Assembly (NCBI GenBank): GCA_023299815.1
Contig: JALZWA010000034.1
Coordinates: 137 to 64,136 of the forward strand
Direction of reading: 5' to 3'
Length of the DNA stretch: 64,000 nt
DNA from: Akkermansiaceae bacterium
Lineage (GTDB): Bacteria > Verrucomicrobiota > Verrucomicrobiia > Verrucomicrobiales > Akkermansiaceae
Below, piece after piece: positions 25,760 through 34,523 of this stretch. A model generated the notes under the pieces. That model saw only the letters and a list, made by a program, of their open reading frames with translations. It searched no databases and was not told the DNA's origin. Within the stretch, counting starts at the first letter, position 1, and each line of letters starts with the position of its first letter. The position numbers were made by a program, and so were the translations under genes.

Positions 25760-28459
25760 ATGAGCGATATCATCTCCTTCCAAGCACCCGAGCCCGAAGA
25801 CCTCTCCGCACTCCTTGAGAGCTATGATATTAATAGCCTTATCGCCGTCGGTGGGATGGGCGCCGTCTACCACGCCACCCAGACCTCTCTCGATCGAGAA
25901 GTCGCCATCAAACTCCTCCCCAAGGAATTTGGAGACGCCACCTTTCACGAACAATTCGCCGCCGAGGCCCGCTCCATGGCCAAGCTTAACCACCCGAACC
26001 TCATCGGGATCTACGACTACGGAACTGCCGATGGCATGCCCTACATCGTCATGGAGTATGTCCCCGGCAAATCGCTCTACTACTCCTGCTACCAGAAAGC
26101 GATCGAACAAGACGTCGCCATCCGACTCACCACCGAAATCTGCTCCGGCCTCGCCCAAGCCCATAAATACGATATCATCCACCGCGATATCAAACCCGCC
26201 AACATCCTCCTCGATAGTGCTGCACATGCCAAAATCGGTGACTTCGGCCTCGCCAGCGGCAGCCAAGAATCTGAAAACGATGGCCTCGTCTACGGCACCC
26301 CCGGCTACGCCGCACCCGAAATCCTCCAAGACGGCTCTAACATCGGCAAACCCTCAGACATTTTCGCCGTCGGCGTCATCCTTCACCAACTCCTCACCGG
26401 TAAAATGCCGGACGAGGACACCCGCCCTGCCTCACGCATCTCAAAGTGCGACCCCCGCCTTGATCGCATCATCCGCAAGGCCACCCGGAGTAACCCAGCC
26501 GATCGTTACCAGACCTGCGAAGACATGGTCAAAGACCTCGCCGCCATCGGAAATTCACCGGCAAAAAAAGTCCTCTCCACCGAGCCCAAAGCCGGAGGAG
26601 TTAAAATGTCGCGCAGCGCCGTCCGAAGCTCCCGCACCGAATCCACCCCACTCAAGGCCGCTGCCCCAGCCGCAGAGAAACCTAAGCTCCGCCGCCTAGA
26701 GCCCGGCAGCCAAGCCCCTACTAACTCTCCCGCCCCCGATAGCCCCCAAGAAGCAAGCCAAGCTTCACCCGTCATCGCTCCGATCTCCACCAGCTCTAAC
26801 TGGCCCCTGATCCGGAACCTCATGATCATCGCCCTCCTTATCCCTGCCCTCATCTTCGCATGGGACTTCCACCAGAAGAAGGAAGCCCGCATCGCAAAAC
26901 AAGAAGAAGAACAGCGCATCGAAAAAGAAAACATCACCCGCGAAGCAGAAGCCACCCGCGCTGCCGCCGCCCGCGAGAAAGAAGAGCGCCGCACCGCCCT
27001 CGCAAAAGAGAAGAAAGACAAAGCAGCCCAAGTCGCCAAGATCGATAAAATGGTCAAAGCAAAGCCCAAGCTCACGCCTCTCGAACAACTCGCCAAAGCC
27101 CGGACTACCCTCGTAGGCGGTTCGCGCGACCACTTCCCAGAAGGAGTCATCACCCGGGGAAACATCACCCTCTTCTTCATCGAAACCCCCATGACATGGT
27201 CCGCCGCCTCAGAATTCTGTGAAAATCACGGCGGTCACCTTCCCACCCCCCTCCTCGCCTCAGACCTCGCCTGGATTGGCCGGCAGCAAGGTAATGCCAA
27301 ACTCGCCTGGCTCGGCGGCGGCGCCCTCGGCTCCGCCGAATGGGGCTGGGTCACCGGAGAAAAGTGGGAGCACAAAAAACCCTCCACCAACCTCGGCACC
27401 TGCGCCGCCATGACCGCATCCGGCATTGTCAAATCTCGGCCCAATGGCGTCAAACTCCCCTTCTTTATCCAGTGGAATAATGATGGCACCAATCCCGGCT
27501 CGCTCGAAGCCCAGCTCGGCCGCCTCAAAGGAACCCTCGATGCCCCCAGCCCCGCTTGGCCACCCGGAACCCTCGCCTACGATGGCCGGAACTACCTCCT
27601 TATCCAGCGCTCCCTCCCATGGGATGAAGCTGAATTTATCGCCTCCTCCACCGGCGGCCACCTCGCCGTCGCCAGCAATACCGCAGAAAAGACTTACCTT
27701 TCTGACACCCTCTCCAGCTCCCTCACCCTCAACGAATCCGCTTGGCTCGGTGCACGCCTCAAAGAAGGAAACTGGGCCTGGGTCACCGGAGAAGTCTGGA
27801 ACATGCCCCAGTGGCGCAAAAATTCACCAGACGGCGGCCCAAACCACTCCGCCCTCCGCTTCACCTCCGCCGCAGATGACTCCGGCTGGGATGACGCCAA
27901 CCCAGAAAATGCCGACCTCGCCAACGCCTTCATCATCGAATGGAGTAACGACTCCAAAAAAGCCCCTGCCAAAGACAGCACCCAAGGCAGAGACGTCGCC
28001 GCTGAAATCAAAAACATGGGTGCCAAGCTCGTGCGCCGCAGCATTGCCGATCACAAAAAACTCCTCATCGATAACCACAAAGACCTCACCTGGGGTCTCA
28101 ACAGCTGGATCAGAGGACTACCAAAATCAGTCAGCTCAGTCCAAGGCCCCATCGTCAGAAAGTATATCAACGACCTCCCTCCCAACGCACGCGTCCCCAA
28201 AGATGCCGCCACCCAGCAACTTCCCGGAGAGCCTAATGAACTCATCAAAAAAGCCCTCAGCCGACAGCTCAACTACGACAACAAACTCGAAGTCAATCTC
28301 CTCAACCTCCGCGTCGCCCTTCTCGGCAAACTTGTTGCCGAAAAAGAAACCTTGGAGAAATCCAACCTCAAAGCAAAAGCCGCCGCCATCGATACCGAGA
28401 TCCAAGCCGTCGGCCAAGGCTCCGCCGGACTCAGAGCCTACTTCGGCATCAGCAAATAA
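25760..28459 (+). CDS. Membrane Ser/Thr protein kinase with two extracytoplasmic C-type-lectin-like domains
   Basis: Hanks kinase motifs (GGMGAVY, VAIK, HRDIKPANILL, DFG, GTPGYAAPE); a Pro/Ser linker; a TM helix LIRNLMIIALLIPALIFAW; a charged coiled segment; and two lectin-like modules (WSAASEFCENHGGHLPTP...AWLGG...WGWVTGEKW and WDEAEFIASSTGGHLAVA...AWLGARL..NWAWVTGEVW). Confidence 0.8.
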   Translation: MSDIISFQAPEPEDLSALLESYDINSLIAVGGMGAVYHATQTSLDREVAIKLLPKEFGDATFHEQFAAEARSMAKLNHPNLIGIYDYGTADGMPYIVMEYVPGKSLYYSCYQKAIEQDVAIRLTTEICSGLAQAHKYDIIHRDIKPANILLDSAAHAKIGDFGLASGSQESENDGLVYGTPGYAAPEILQDGSNIGKPSDIFAVGVILHQLLTGKMPDEDTRPASRISKCDPRLDRIIRKATRSNPADRYQTCEDMVKDLAAIGNSPAKKVLSTEPKAGGVKMSRSAVRSSRTESTPLKAAAPAAEKPKLRRLEPGSQAPTNSPAPDSPQEASQASPVIAPISTSSNWPLIRNLMIIALLIPALIFAWDFHQKKEARIAKQEEEQRIEKENITREAEATRAAAAREKEERRTALAKEKKDKAAQVAKIDKMVKAKPKLTPLEQLAKARTTLVGGSRDHFPEGVITRGNITLFFIETPMTWSAASEFCENHGGHLPTPLLASDLAWIGRQQGNAKLAWLGGGALGSAEWGWVTGEKWEHKKPSTNLGTCAAMTASGIVKSRPNGVKLPFFIQWNNDGTNPGSLEAQLGRLKGTLDAPSPAWPPGTLAYDGRNYLLIQRSLPWDEAEFIASSTGGHLAVASNTAEKTYLSDTLSSSLTLNESAWLGARLKEGNWAWVTGEVWNMPQWRKNSPDGGPNHSALRFTSAADDSGWDDANPENADLANAFIIEWSNDSKKAPAKDSTQGRDVAAEIKNMGAKLVRRSIADHKKLLIDNHKDLTWGLNSWIRGLPKSVSSVQGPIVRKYINDLPPNARVPKDAATQQLPGEPNELIKKALSRQLNYDNKLEVNLLNLRVALLGKLVAEKETLEKSNLKAKAAAIDTEIQAVGQGSAGLRAYFGISK

Positions 28460-28460
28460 C

Positions 28461-28503
28461 GGCACAAAAAAACCGCGCCCAGAACTGGGTGCGGTGCCTT
28501 TTT
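28461..28503. terminator. Bidirectional rho-independent terminator between convergent genes
   Basis: CCGCGCCCAG-AA-CTGGGTGCGG stem flanked by A7 on the left and T5 on the right. Confidence 0.75.
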
Positions 28504-28521
28504 CCTCTCCGTGAACTTGTG

Positions 28522-29589
28522 CTACTCGCTCTGAGGCGACTCCGCATAGAAACGGATGAAGCCGCGCTCTCCATCGGGAAAACTCACCACTTGCTCTCCA
28601 CTCTCGCCCACCTCTAGTCCTTCGAGATCCGACCAAGAGTCAGAAGTGAGATCGGGAGAAAACTGAGGAATCAAGCGAGCCCTCAACCCATCTACCGGCA
28701 GCTGAATCACAACTTCGGGCTCTCCTTCAACACTGACCGCAGCGACTGGAATCCGTTCACTCCCGACAGGGAGCTGCAGCGCGTAAAGAAGGCTATAAGG
28801 CAACCCGCTCGCATTCAGAGTCTCCGGAAGCTCGTTCCCCAATTCTTCATCGCTCAGCCACTGCCCGTAATCCGTCGGTAAGACAAGCGTCCCTTCTGCC
28901 ACGATTTCGCCTACTTCCGTAAAAGTAAAAGTCGCATTCGTATCCGGAAAAGGAACGTCCTCCGTGAAATCCACCTTGTTCTGAAGCTCGACCTTCACCT
29001 CCCGCTGGAAGAGGTCTCGCGAGAGTTCACTGAGCAGCAAGGTCGTCTCTCCTGAAATGTCGCCCACACTGGGTTCAACCCCATAATCTAACAGATTCGA
29101 CTGAGGGCTGCCTAAAATAGTGACCGTAAACTCCACCGTCCCTCGATCGAAGGTAGACTCGTGATCCTCATTGCGCACCTCACCCATCGCCCCCAGGAAA
29201 CCAGTGTCTAGAGTCCGCGTAATTGAAGAAATTCCTTCAGTCCTTTGCTGGATAAAAGTCGTAATCGAATCATTGACTGCGTCATAGTGGATGAGTGCCG
29301 AGACATCCAAGAAACTCTCAGAAAACGACACTCTCCCGTCGGTAAAAACGATCTCTAAAGGCCTCAAGCCGAAGGTATCCAAGGTAAGATCGATCGCGAA
29401 CTCCCCTGAGTAGCTGACAGTATCGGCATCACGATCAGCCGCTCCATCAGTCGTGCTGACGCTCATCCCAATGATCGTCTCCGCATCATCTCGAAGGGTC
29501 AAGGTCAGCTCCTCAGTGATCGGAACTGCACAAGCGATCCCCGCACCACTGAAGAGAGTCAGCGTGAAAATATTCTTCGATGAAATCAT
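28522..29589 (-). CDS. Secreted hypothetical protein
   Basis: 355-aa ORF with a signal-like N-terminus, acidic and Thr/Ser-rich. No recognised domain. Confidence 0.5.
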   Translation of the reverse strand: MISSKNIFTLTLFSGAGIACAVPITEELTLTLRDDAETIIGMSVSTTDGAADRDADTVSYSGEFAIDLTLDTFGLRPLEIVFTDGRVSFSESFLDVSALIHYDAVNDSITTFIQQRTEGISSITRTLDTGFLGAMGEVRNEDHESTFDRGTVEFTVTILGSPQSNLLDYGVEPSVGDISGETTLLLSELSRDLFQREVKVELQNKVDFTEDVPFPDTNATFTFTEVGEIVAEGTLVLPTDYGQWLSDEELGNELPETLNASGLPYSLLYALQLPVGSERIPVAAVSVEGEPEVVIQLPVDGLRARLIPQFSPDLTSDSWSDLEGLEVGESGEQVVSFPDGERGFIRFYAESPQSE

Positions 29590-29594
29590 GAGTG

Positions 29595-29993
29595 CTATTT
29601 TTTAAGAGCCATCGTCACCAACACCGTGCGCTGTCTACCAAAGGCTGGCGTATTGAAAACACTCATCGTCAGCCGAATCTTATCGTTCTTGGGATGTGAA
29701 AAAGAAACCGATTCCCCCATCGCTTGACGGGCAGCGGCATTTTCTTCAGTCCCCTTTGACTCCTTAAATCCTTTCTCCTTCACCTCGACCCACTCTTTAC
29801 CCACCGCCTTCGCCAACTGGTCCTTGAGATCGATAAAGTCGGTATCCGTGGCAAAGTAATAAGTCTTATTAGTTCCCTTCAGCGTCTTGGTAAGAAGCTG
29901 GCTCTTGGCAAAAGCCTTGCTGAGATTAGGGATATCCTGCGCAGAGAGCCCAGGGCAGAGAAGGAAGAGACACAGAAATAGAAGTCGGGTCAT
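29595..29993 (-). CDS. Small secreted hypothetical protein
   Basis: Signal peptide MTRLLFLCLFLLCPGLSA. 1-nt overlap with the upstream gene's stop. Confidence 0.55.
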   Translation of the reverse strand: MTRLLFLCLFLLCPGLSAQDIPNLSKAFAKSQLLTKTLKGTNKTYYFATDTDFIDLKDQLAKAVGKEWVEVKEKGFKESKGTEENAAARQAMGESVSFSHPKNDKIRLTMSVFNTPAFGRQRTVLVTMALKK

Positions 29994-31411
29994 CAGAGAG
30001 AAGAGGTTTGTTTGTGAAGGCTCAGGAGGATCGCGCAGTAGGTCAACGCGATCACGTGGATCGAAAAGATCGAAAGAGGAAAATCAAAACAGCTATGTGC
30101 CCCCACCCCAAGGAGACCCACGAGAAGAGCTTTCACCAAATGAGCATTCGGAGCACTGATGCGAGACTGCTTCAGCATCACCAGAGCTGCAATGATCGCA
30201 CCAGCCCCCAGCGAAAACCACGCCACGAATCCCAAATAACCCCACTCCACAATCGTCTGCAGCGGATCAGAATGCCCCCGATGCCATGCCCCAAGGAGCG
30301 CGGAATTATTCTCCGGATTGAAATAGGGAAGAAGATGGGGAAAAGCCCCCGGCCCAAAGCCATGCCAACTCCCCTCGGATGGCGAACCCATCTCGATGAG
30401 CTTCTTCATCATCTCGACCCGGGAATGGACACTCCCTGACTGCTCATTCGCACTCAGTGTCTCCACCAGAGTGCTCCAGCGAGAGAAAAGGTGGCGCGTC
30501 CCCATCGCCATGAATCCGATCACGATGGCGAGCCCCGCAAAAAATCCCACCTTCGCCTCAAGTCCCAGCGGAGCTCCCGAGCGACGCCGCTTGATCAGAG
30601 TTCGCAAGGTCTGCCACTCAAGAAGAAGAATCAGGAAAAGGCAGAAAAGGAGAATGAGGAAACCTCCCTTGGAAGCAGTCGCGATCACCCCAGCCGCACT
30701 CACAAAGCCTGCCAGAGCCCAGAAAAAAATCGTAGAAATTGGCCTCTCGTTTCTCCAGGCACGGAGAGCCAAAGCCAGCGAAATTGGAAAAACGAGATTC
30801 AAAAAAGCCGCCGCATTCGCATTATAAATGTAAGGAGCAAAGAAAGTCTCAGGATGAACCACGACAATCCCTTCCGCAGCCTGCTCCGCGGTAGCCGTTA
30901 GACCCCACACCGTTTTCATCCCTAAAATCTTGTGGCCTAAAGCCACAAAAGTCACCGCAAGACCCGCCCCCGCAAAAAGCTGAAGCAACACAATCCAAGC
31001 CTTACTCTCAACACAACGCGCTACCGCAAAGAAACCCATCATCACTCCTGCGAACTCGAGGGTGAAGTATTGCGCATCAGAATAAGCCACCGCTCCCGGT
31101 GCTCCTTCAAAAGGACGATTCAGAAAATCGGTAAAAACCCAAATCTCGCGGTCGTGATCCGAGTGCGCATTCCAAGCCATGAAACTCGCCCACAGTAAGA
31201 GAAAGCCAAGCGAGAACCAAGTCCACTTCGGCAGCTGGGGGAAGCGATGACTCCGCGGCAAAGTCGCTATTGCGAGGATTGCCAAGAGAGCCAGCCCTGC
31301 AGCCGCGAACTTGCGATACTCAATCGTACTGCTCCCAAAGGCCGCCAAGGTCCACCCCAAAAGCAGCGCCGCAAGGGCAAGAAGGATGCGTCCGCGCCAT
31401 GATTCATTCAT
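29993..31411 (-). CDS. O-antigen ligase / Wzy_C-family polytopic membrane protein
   Basis: About 10 TM helices with a periplasmic loop and the pattern WHRGHSDPLQTIVEWGYLGF, typical of the O-antigen ligase family. Start set at Met16. Confidence 0.65.
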   Translation of the reverse strand: MNESWRGRILLALAALLLGWTLAAFGSSTIEYRKFAAAGLALLAILAIATLPRSHRFPQLPKWTWFSLGFLLLWASFMAWNAHSDHDREIWVFTDFLNRPFEGAPGAVAYSDAQYFTLEFAGVMMGFFAVARCVESKAWIVLLQLFAGAGLAVTFVALGHKILGMKTVWGLTATAEQAAEGIVVVHPETFFAPYIYNANAAAFLNLVFPISLALALRAWRNERPISTIFFWALAGFVSAAGVIATASKGGFLILLFCLFLILLLEWQTLRTLIKRRRSGAPLGLEAKVGFFAGLAIVIGFMAMGTRHLFSRWSTLVETLSANEQSGSVHSRVEMMKKLIEMGSPSEGSWHGFGPGAFPHLLPYFNPENNSALLGAWHRGHSDPLQTIVEWGYLGFVAWFSLGAGAIIAALVMLKQSRISAPNAHLVKALLVGLLGVGAHSCFDFPLSIFSIHVIALTYCAILLSLHKQTSSL

Positions 31412-31472
31412 GATAAAAAGGATGATCGGGCAGAAAAAACTCTGCCAAGAAAGCACAACTCAAGAAAACCTC

Positions 31473-32180
31473 TTAGCGACGGCGAAGCACCAAAAGAGAA
31501 CCGGAGAGAAGAAGCAATAAGCTGCTACTAGGCTCTGGCACCGCCATGATGTCTTGGTCATCAAAGCCGAAACTCAAGATCGTCGCCGTTTTTGCTGGCT
31601 CGTTGATCTCGATCTGAAGAAAGCCGAGATGGGTCGTCGTGACTCCAGCTTCTGTTCTGTCAAAAATCACCGAAAAAATCCCCGCCACCGGAGCTGAAGT
31701 CGAGGTATTACTCCACTGCCCATCAGACTCGTCCGCAAAAAGATCGTTACTAGCAAGCACTCCTCGGGAATCATCATAATTCAGAGTTGGATCCAAAACC
31801 GGGGCGACTCCCAGCACCGTCTCTAGCCGCTGGGCTGTCGGAATAGGACCACCGAACAGCAATGCCGCTATCGAAGTTGGAGAAGCTGCAGAAGCGGTTT
31901 CCGCCACCCTCAAATTCCCTGCCGATCCACTTTCAGAAAGCTGAAATGTGAGGATCTCATCACCAAATATAGTGGTATTGATATCGACAAAGAAGTTCAG
32001 TTCATTGACACCGTTGCCATCCAAGTCTATCGGCAATGTCGTCGAACTTGCCCCTCCAATGACCGTTCCTGTTGTGGCGCTCGGACTCCCAAAGGTATAC
32101 ATTACCGCAGCTGAAGCGCCGCCCGGTAAAAATCCAACTGAAGCGAAGAGAGCGAAGGAAAAGGCGAGGCGTGTAAGCAT
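31473..32180 (-). CDS. PEP-CTERM sorting-domain secreted protein
   Basis: Signal peptide, and C-terminus VPEPSSSLLLLLSGSLLVLRRR. Confidence 0.8.
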   Translation of the reverse strand: MLTRLAFSFALFASVGFLPGGASAAVMYTFGSPSATTGTVIGGASSTTLPIDLDGNGVNELNFFVDINTTIFGDEILTFQLSESGSAGNLRVAETASAASPTSIAALLFGGPIPTAQRLETVLGVAPVLDPTLNYDDSRGVLASNDLFADESDGQWSNTSTSAPVAGIFSVIFDRTEAGVTTTHLGFLQIEINEPAKTATILSFGFDDQDIMAVPEPSSSLLLLLSGSLLVLRRR

Positions 32181-32189
32181 AGAGGTCAG

Positions 32190-32537
32190 TTATTCGAGGC
32201 CAGGAAGCCTGTTGGGAGCAAATGTTCCCAATCCGTTCTGAGCTTCCCAGATAGCGCAAAGTCCGTCTTCCAGGAAATCGCGAGTAAAAGTGATGTCATT
32301 TGTGGCAAAGACGACCGCGAAAGCCGCATTAGCGAGGAAAGGAACATGCTGCTGAGCATATCCGAAAAGGGTCGAAAGACTCTGGCCCACAAAAGGACAA
32401 TCCATACTAGTAACCGTGTCACCAGTCGCGTTGAAAGGATTCACAATAATCGCAGTCTCGCCAAGCGAGCCTGGACGGCTATTTCCGAATGCGGAGCTAC
32501 TAAGAATAAGAGCAGCAGAGATAAAAAGGGCTTTCAT
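32190..32537 (-). CDS. Small secreted hypothetical protein
   Basis: Signal peptide MKALFISAALILSSSAFG; 115 aa. Confidence 0.5.
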   Translation of the reverse strand: MKALFISAALILSSSAFGNSRPGSLGETAIIVNPFNATGDTVTSMDCPFVGQSLSTLFGYAQQHVPFLANAAFAVVFATNDITFTRDFLEDGLCAIWEAQNGLGTFAPNRLPGLE

Positions 32538-32600
32538 GGTGAATAAAAGGTGAGGTAGTAAGGGTGTAAGGTGAGCAATGGCCTGAAAGACAATTTCTGC

Positions 32601-34523
32601 TTAAGGTTTACTGATAATTTCGCTTTCTGTCAATGACTTATTAACATTCTCGCATTTTTCAATTTCTCTAACTTCTAAGTCCGGAGCCCATCTAAACAGC
32701 TTGAGCTGCATGCGATTGCAAGCTTCTGAAATATTCTCCATCCTCTTTTTTGGAATATTTGAGGCCGTCAAAATCACGCCGCTCAGATTCCACTCATCGA
32801 TCAATTCAGGCAAAGCACTCAGATCTCCTAAGATTTTAAAGCCATCTGAATGTTTCCCAACGAGCTCGGGATGATCATCTAAAAATCCCAGAATGCGATA
32901 TTCATCAAAGTGACCACCAGCGGTAATCTTCAGATGCTGGATAAAGAGCTCGCCGATATCTCCCGCCCCATAGAGCACAACCCGCGGCCTCATGCCCGAT
33001 GACTTCCCGACGTGCCTGTGCAGAGAATCCACCACCATGTTGCGAGTCATCGGAAAAATAAGACGCGGCAGGGCCACCAGAAGAGCCCCCACTCCCAGCA
33101 CCGTCAGCTGAACCCTCACCGTTTCAAAAGGGGCACCGGTCAGAATAAAATTCACCGTTCCCGCAATCATCATTCCTACCATCAGCCAGAGAGTCATCGC
33201 TAGGAAATCGCGAAGAGTGCCTCGGCTCCAGCGGCGGTTGTAGACCTTTCCCGCATGCAACATTAAGAGACCGATCGCCACCGTGACGACTAGGGTGGGC
33301 AGGTAAATATCTGCTCTAAGCCTCATCAGGTCCCCATCTGTCTCGATAAAATAAGCGAAGAGTGAAGCGAGTATGAGGACTAAGAAATCGTAACCCGTCA
33401 GCGCCGCTCTTGAGATCCGCTGACGCGCCGGCCGCTTAATCATGATATTCATGACCTCCCCCGAAATTCTCATCTCGATCGGAGCAAGATAGCGGAAACC
33501 GACGAGGATAATGACAAGGAAAGCAGCAAAAGTGAGTCCGATGGCCCTTTCATCGAAGAGCGAGGGAATCAGCGTCACCACCACACCCAAAACCGCCACG
33601 CCATAGAGAAGGCTGGTCGCCTTTCGCTGATTCAACCCGTAGGAGAGAAGGCGGTGATGAAGATGATACTGATCGGCACCGAAGACTTTTGAGCCCTCGC
33701 CTTTCCCAAGCCTCCCAAGCCAAGAGCGAAAACTACGCCGCCACACCGCGAGGATGACATCAAGAAGAGGAACTCCTGCCACCACGATCGGCAGTAAAAG
33801 ACTGGCAAGAGTAAGCCGCTCACCGAGTGAGCTAGAAGCTGCCGTCGCGATGAAGAAGCCCACCAACATCGACCCTGCATCACCGAGAAAGATCTTCGCC
33901 GGATGAAAGTTATACCGGAGAAAGCCCAGTAAAGCGCCCAGCATCACGAGGAGGAGGATCGCATCATCGCCTCGGTGATACACCGCGGACAGGACAGCGA
34001 GACTTCCGAGCGCGATCGAGGCCAAGCCAGCACAGAGCCCATCCATGCCATCGATCAGATTGAAGGCATTGATCAAGAAGACCGTCCAAATCACCCAAAT
34101 CACAAGATCGAAGCCCCAGGGAACCTCTATCCCGAAGACCTCCCCGGACTCCACCCCACGGGCGTAGAACATGACCACGGCGGCCATCACGTGACACAAA
34201 AGTTTCAGCCAGGCACTGAGACCCCAGCCGTCATCGATCACCCCAATCGCGACGAGGAATCCCGAGGTCAGCGCAAAGCCGAGGAACCAAGTCCAATTCA
34301 TCGACCCCGTCTGATGATAGTATGCGGTGAAAATTCCAGCGACGGTGATAAAAGTCAGCCACACTGCGATTCCACCTGCGCGCGGGATCGGAGCACTGTG
34401 AATGCGCCTCTCACCAGGCTGATCAAGGAGACCGATCTTCGGTGCAACCGAGATCATCACACGCGTCAGCACCAGCGACAGGACGAGGCTGCTGAAGAAA
34501 ACGATCATCGCAGTTCCTATCAT
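32601..34523 (-). CDS. Polyprenyl-phosphate HexNAc-1-phosphate transferase (MraY/WecA, GT4 family) fused to a C-terminal TM plus Rossmann-like module
   Basis: The N-terminal ~340 aa carry WecA/MraY motifs (GLLDQPGERRIHSAPIPRAGG, NAFNLIDGMDGL, IFLGDAGSMLVGF). The C-terminal part has 4 more TM helices, then VVLYGAGDIGELFIQHL...ILGFLDDHPELVGK...ILGDLSALPELI...GVILT, which resembles the N-terminal module of WbaP-type transferases. Confidence 0.7.
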   Translation of the reverse strand: MIGTAMIVFFSSLVLSLVLTRVMISVAPKIGLLDQPGERRIHSAPIPRAGGIAVWLTFITVAGIFTAYYHQTGSMNWTWFLGFALTSGFLVAIGVIDDGWGLSAWLKLLCHVMAAVVMFYARGVESGEVFGIEVPWGFDLVIWVIWTVFLINAFNLIDGMDGLCAGLASIALGSLAVLSAVYHRGDDAILLLVMLGALLGFLRYNFHPAKIFLGDAGSMLVGFFIATAASSSLGERLTLASLLLPIVVAGVPLLDVILAVWRRSFRSWLGRLGKGEGSKVFGADQYHLHHRLLSYGLNQRKATSLLYGVAVLGVVVTLIPSLFDERAIGLTFAAFLVIILVGFRYLAPIEMRISGEVMNIMIKRPARQRISRAALTGYDFLVLILASLFAYFIETDGDLMRLRADIYLPTLVVTVAIGLLMLHAGKVYNRRWSRGTLRDFLAMTLWLMVGMMIAGTVNFILTGAPFETVRVQLTVLGVGALLVALPRLIFPMTRNMVVDSLHRHVGKSSGMRPRVVLYGAGDIGELFIQHLKITAGGHFDEYRILGFLDDHPELVGKHSDGFKILGDLSALPELIDEWNLSGVILTASNIPKKRMENISEACNRMQLKLFRWAPDLEVREIEKCENVNKSLTESEIISKP

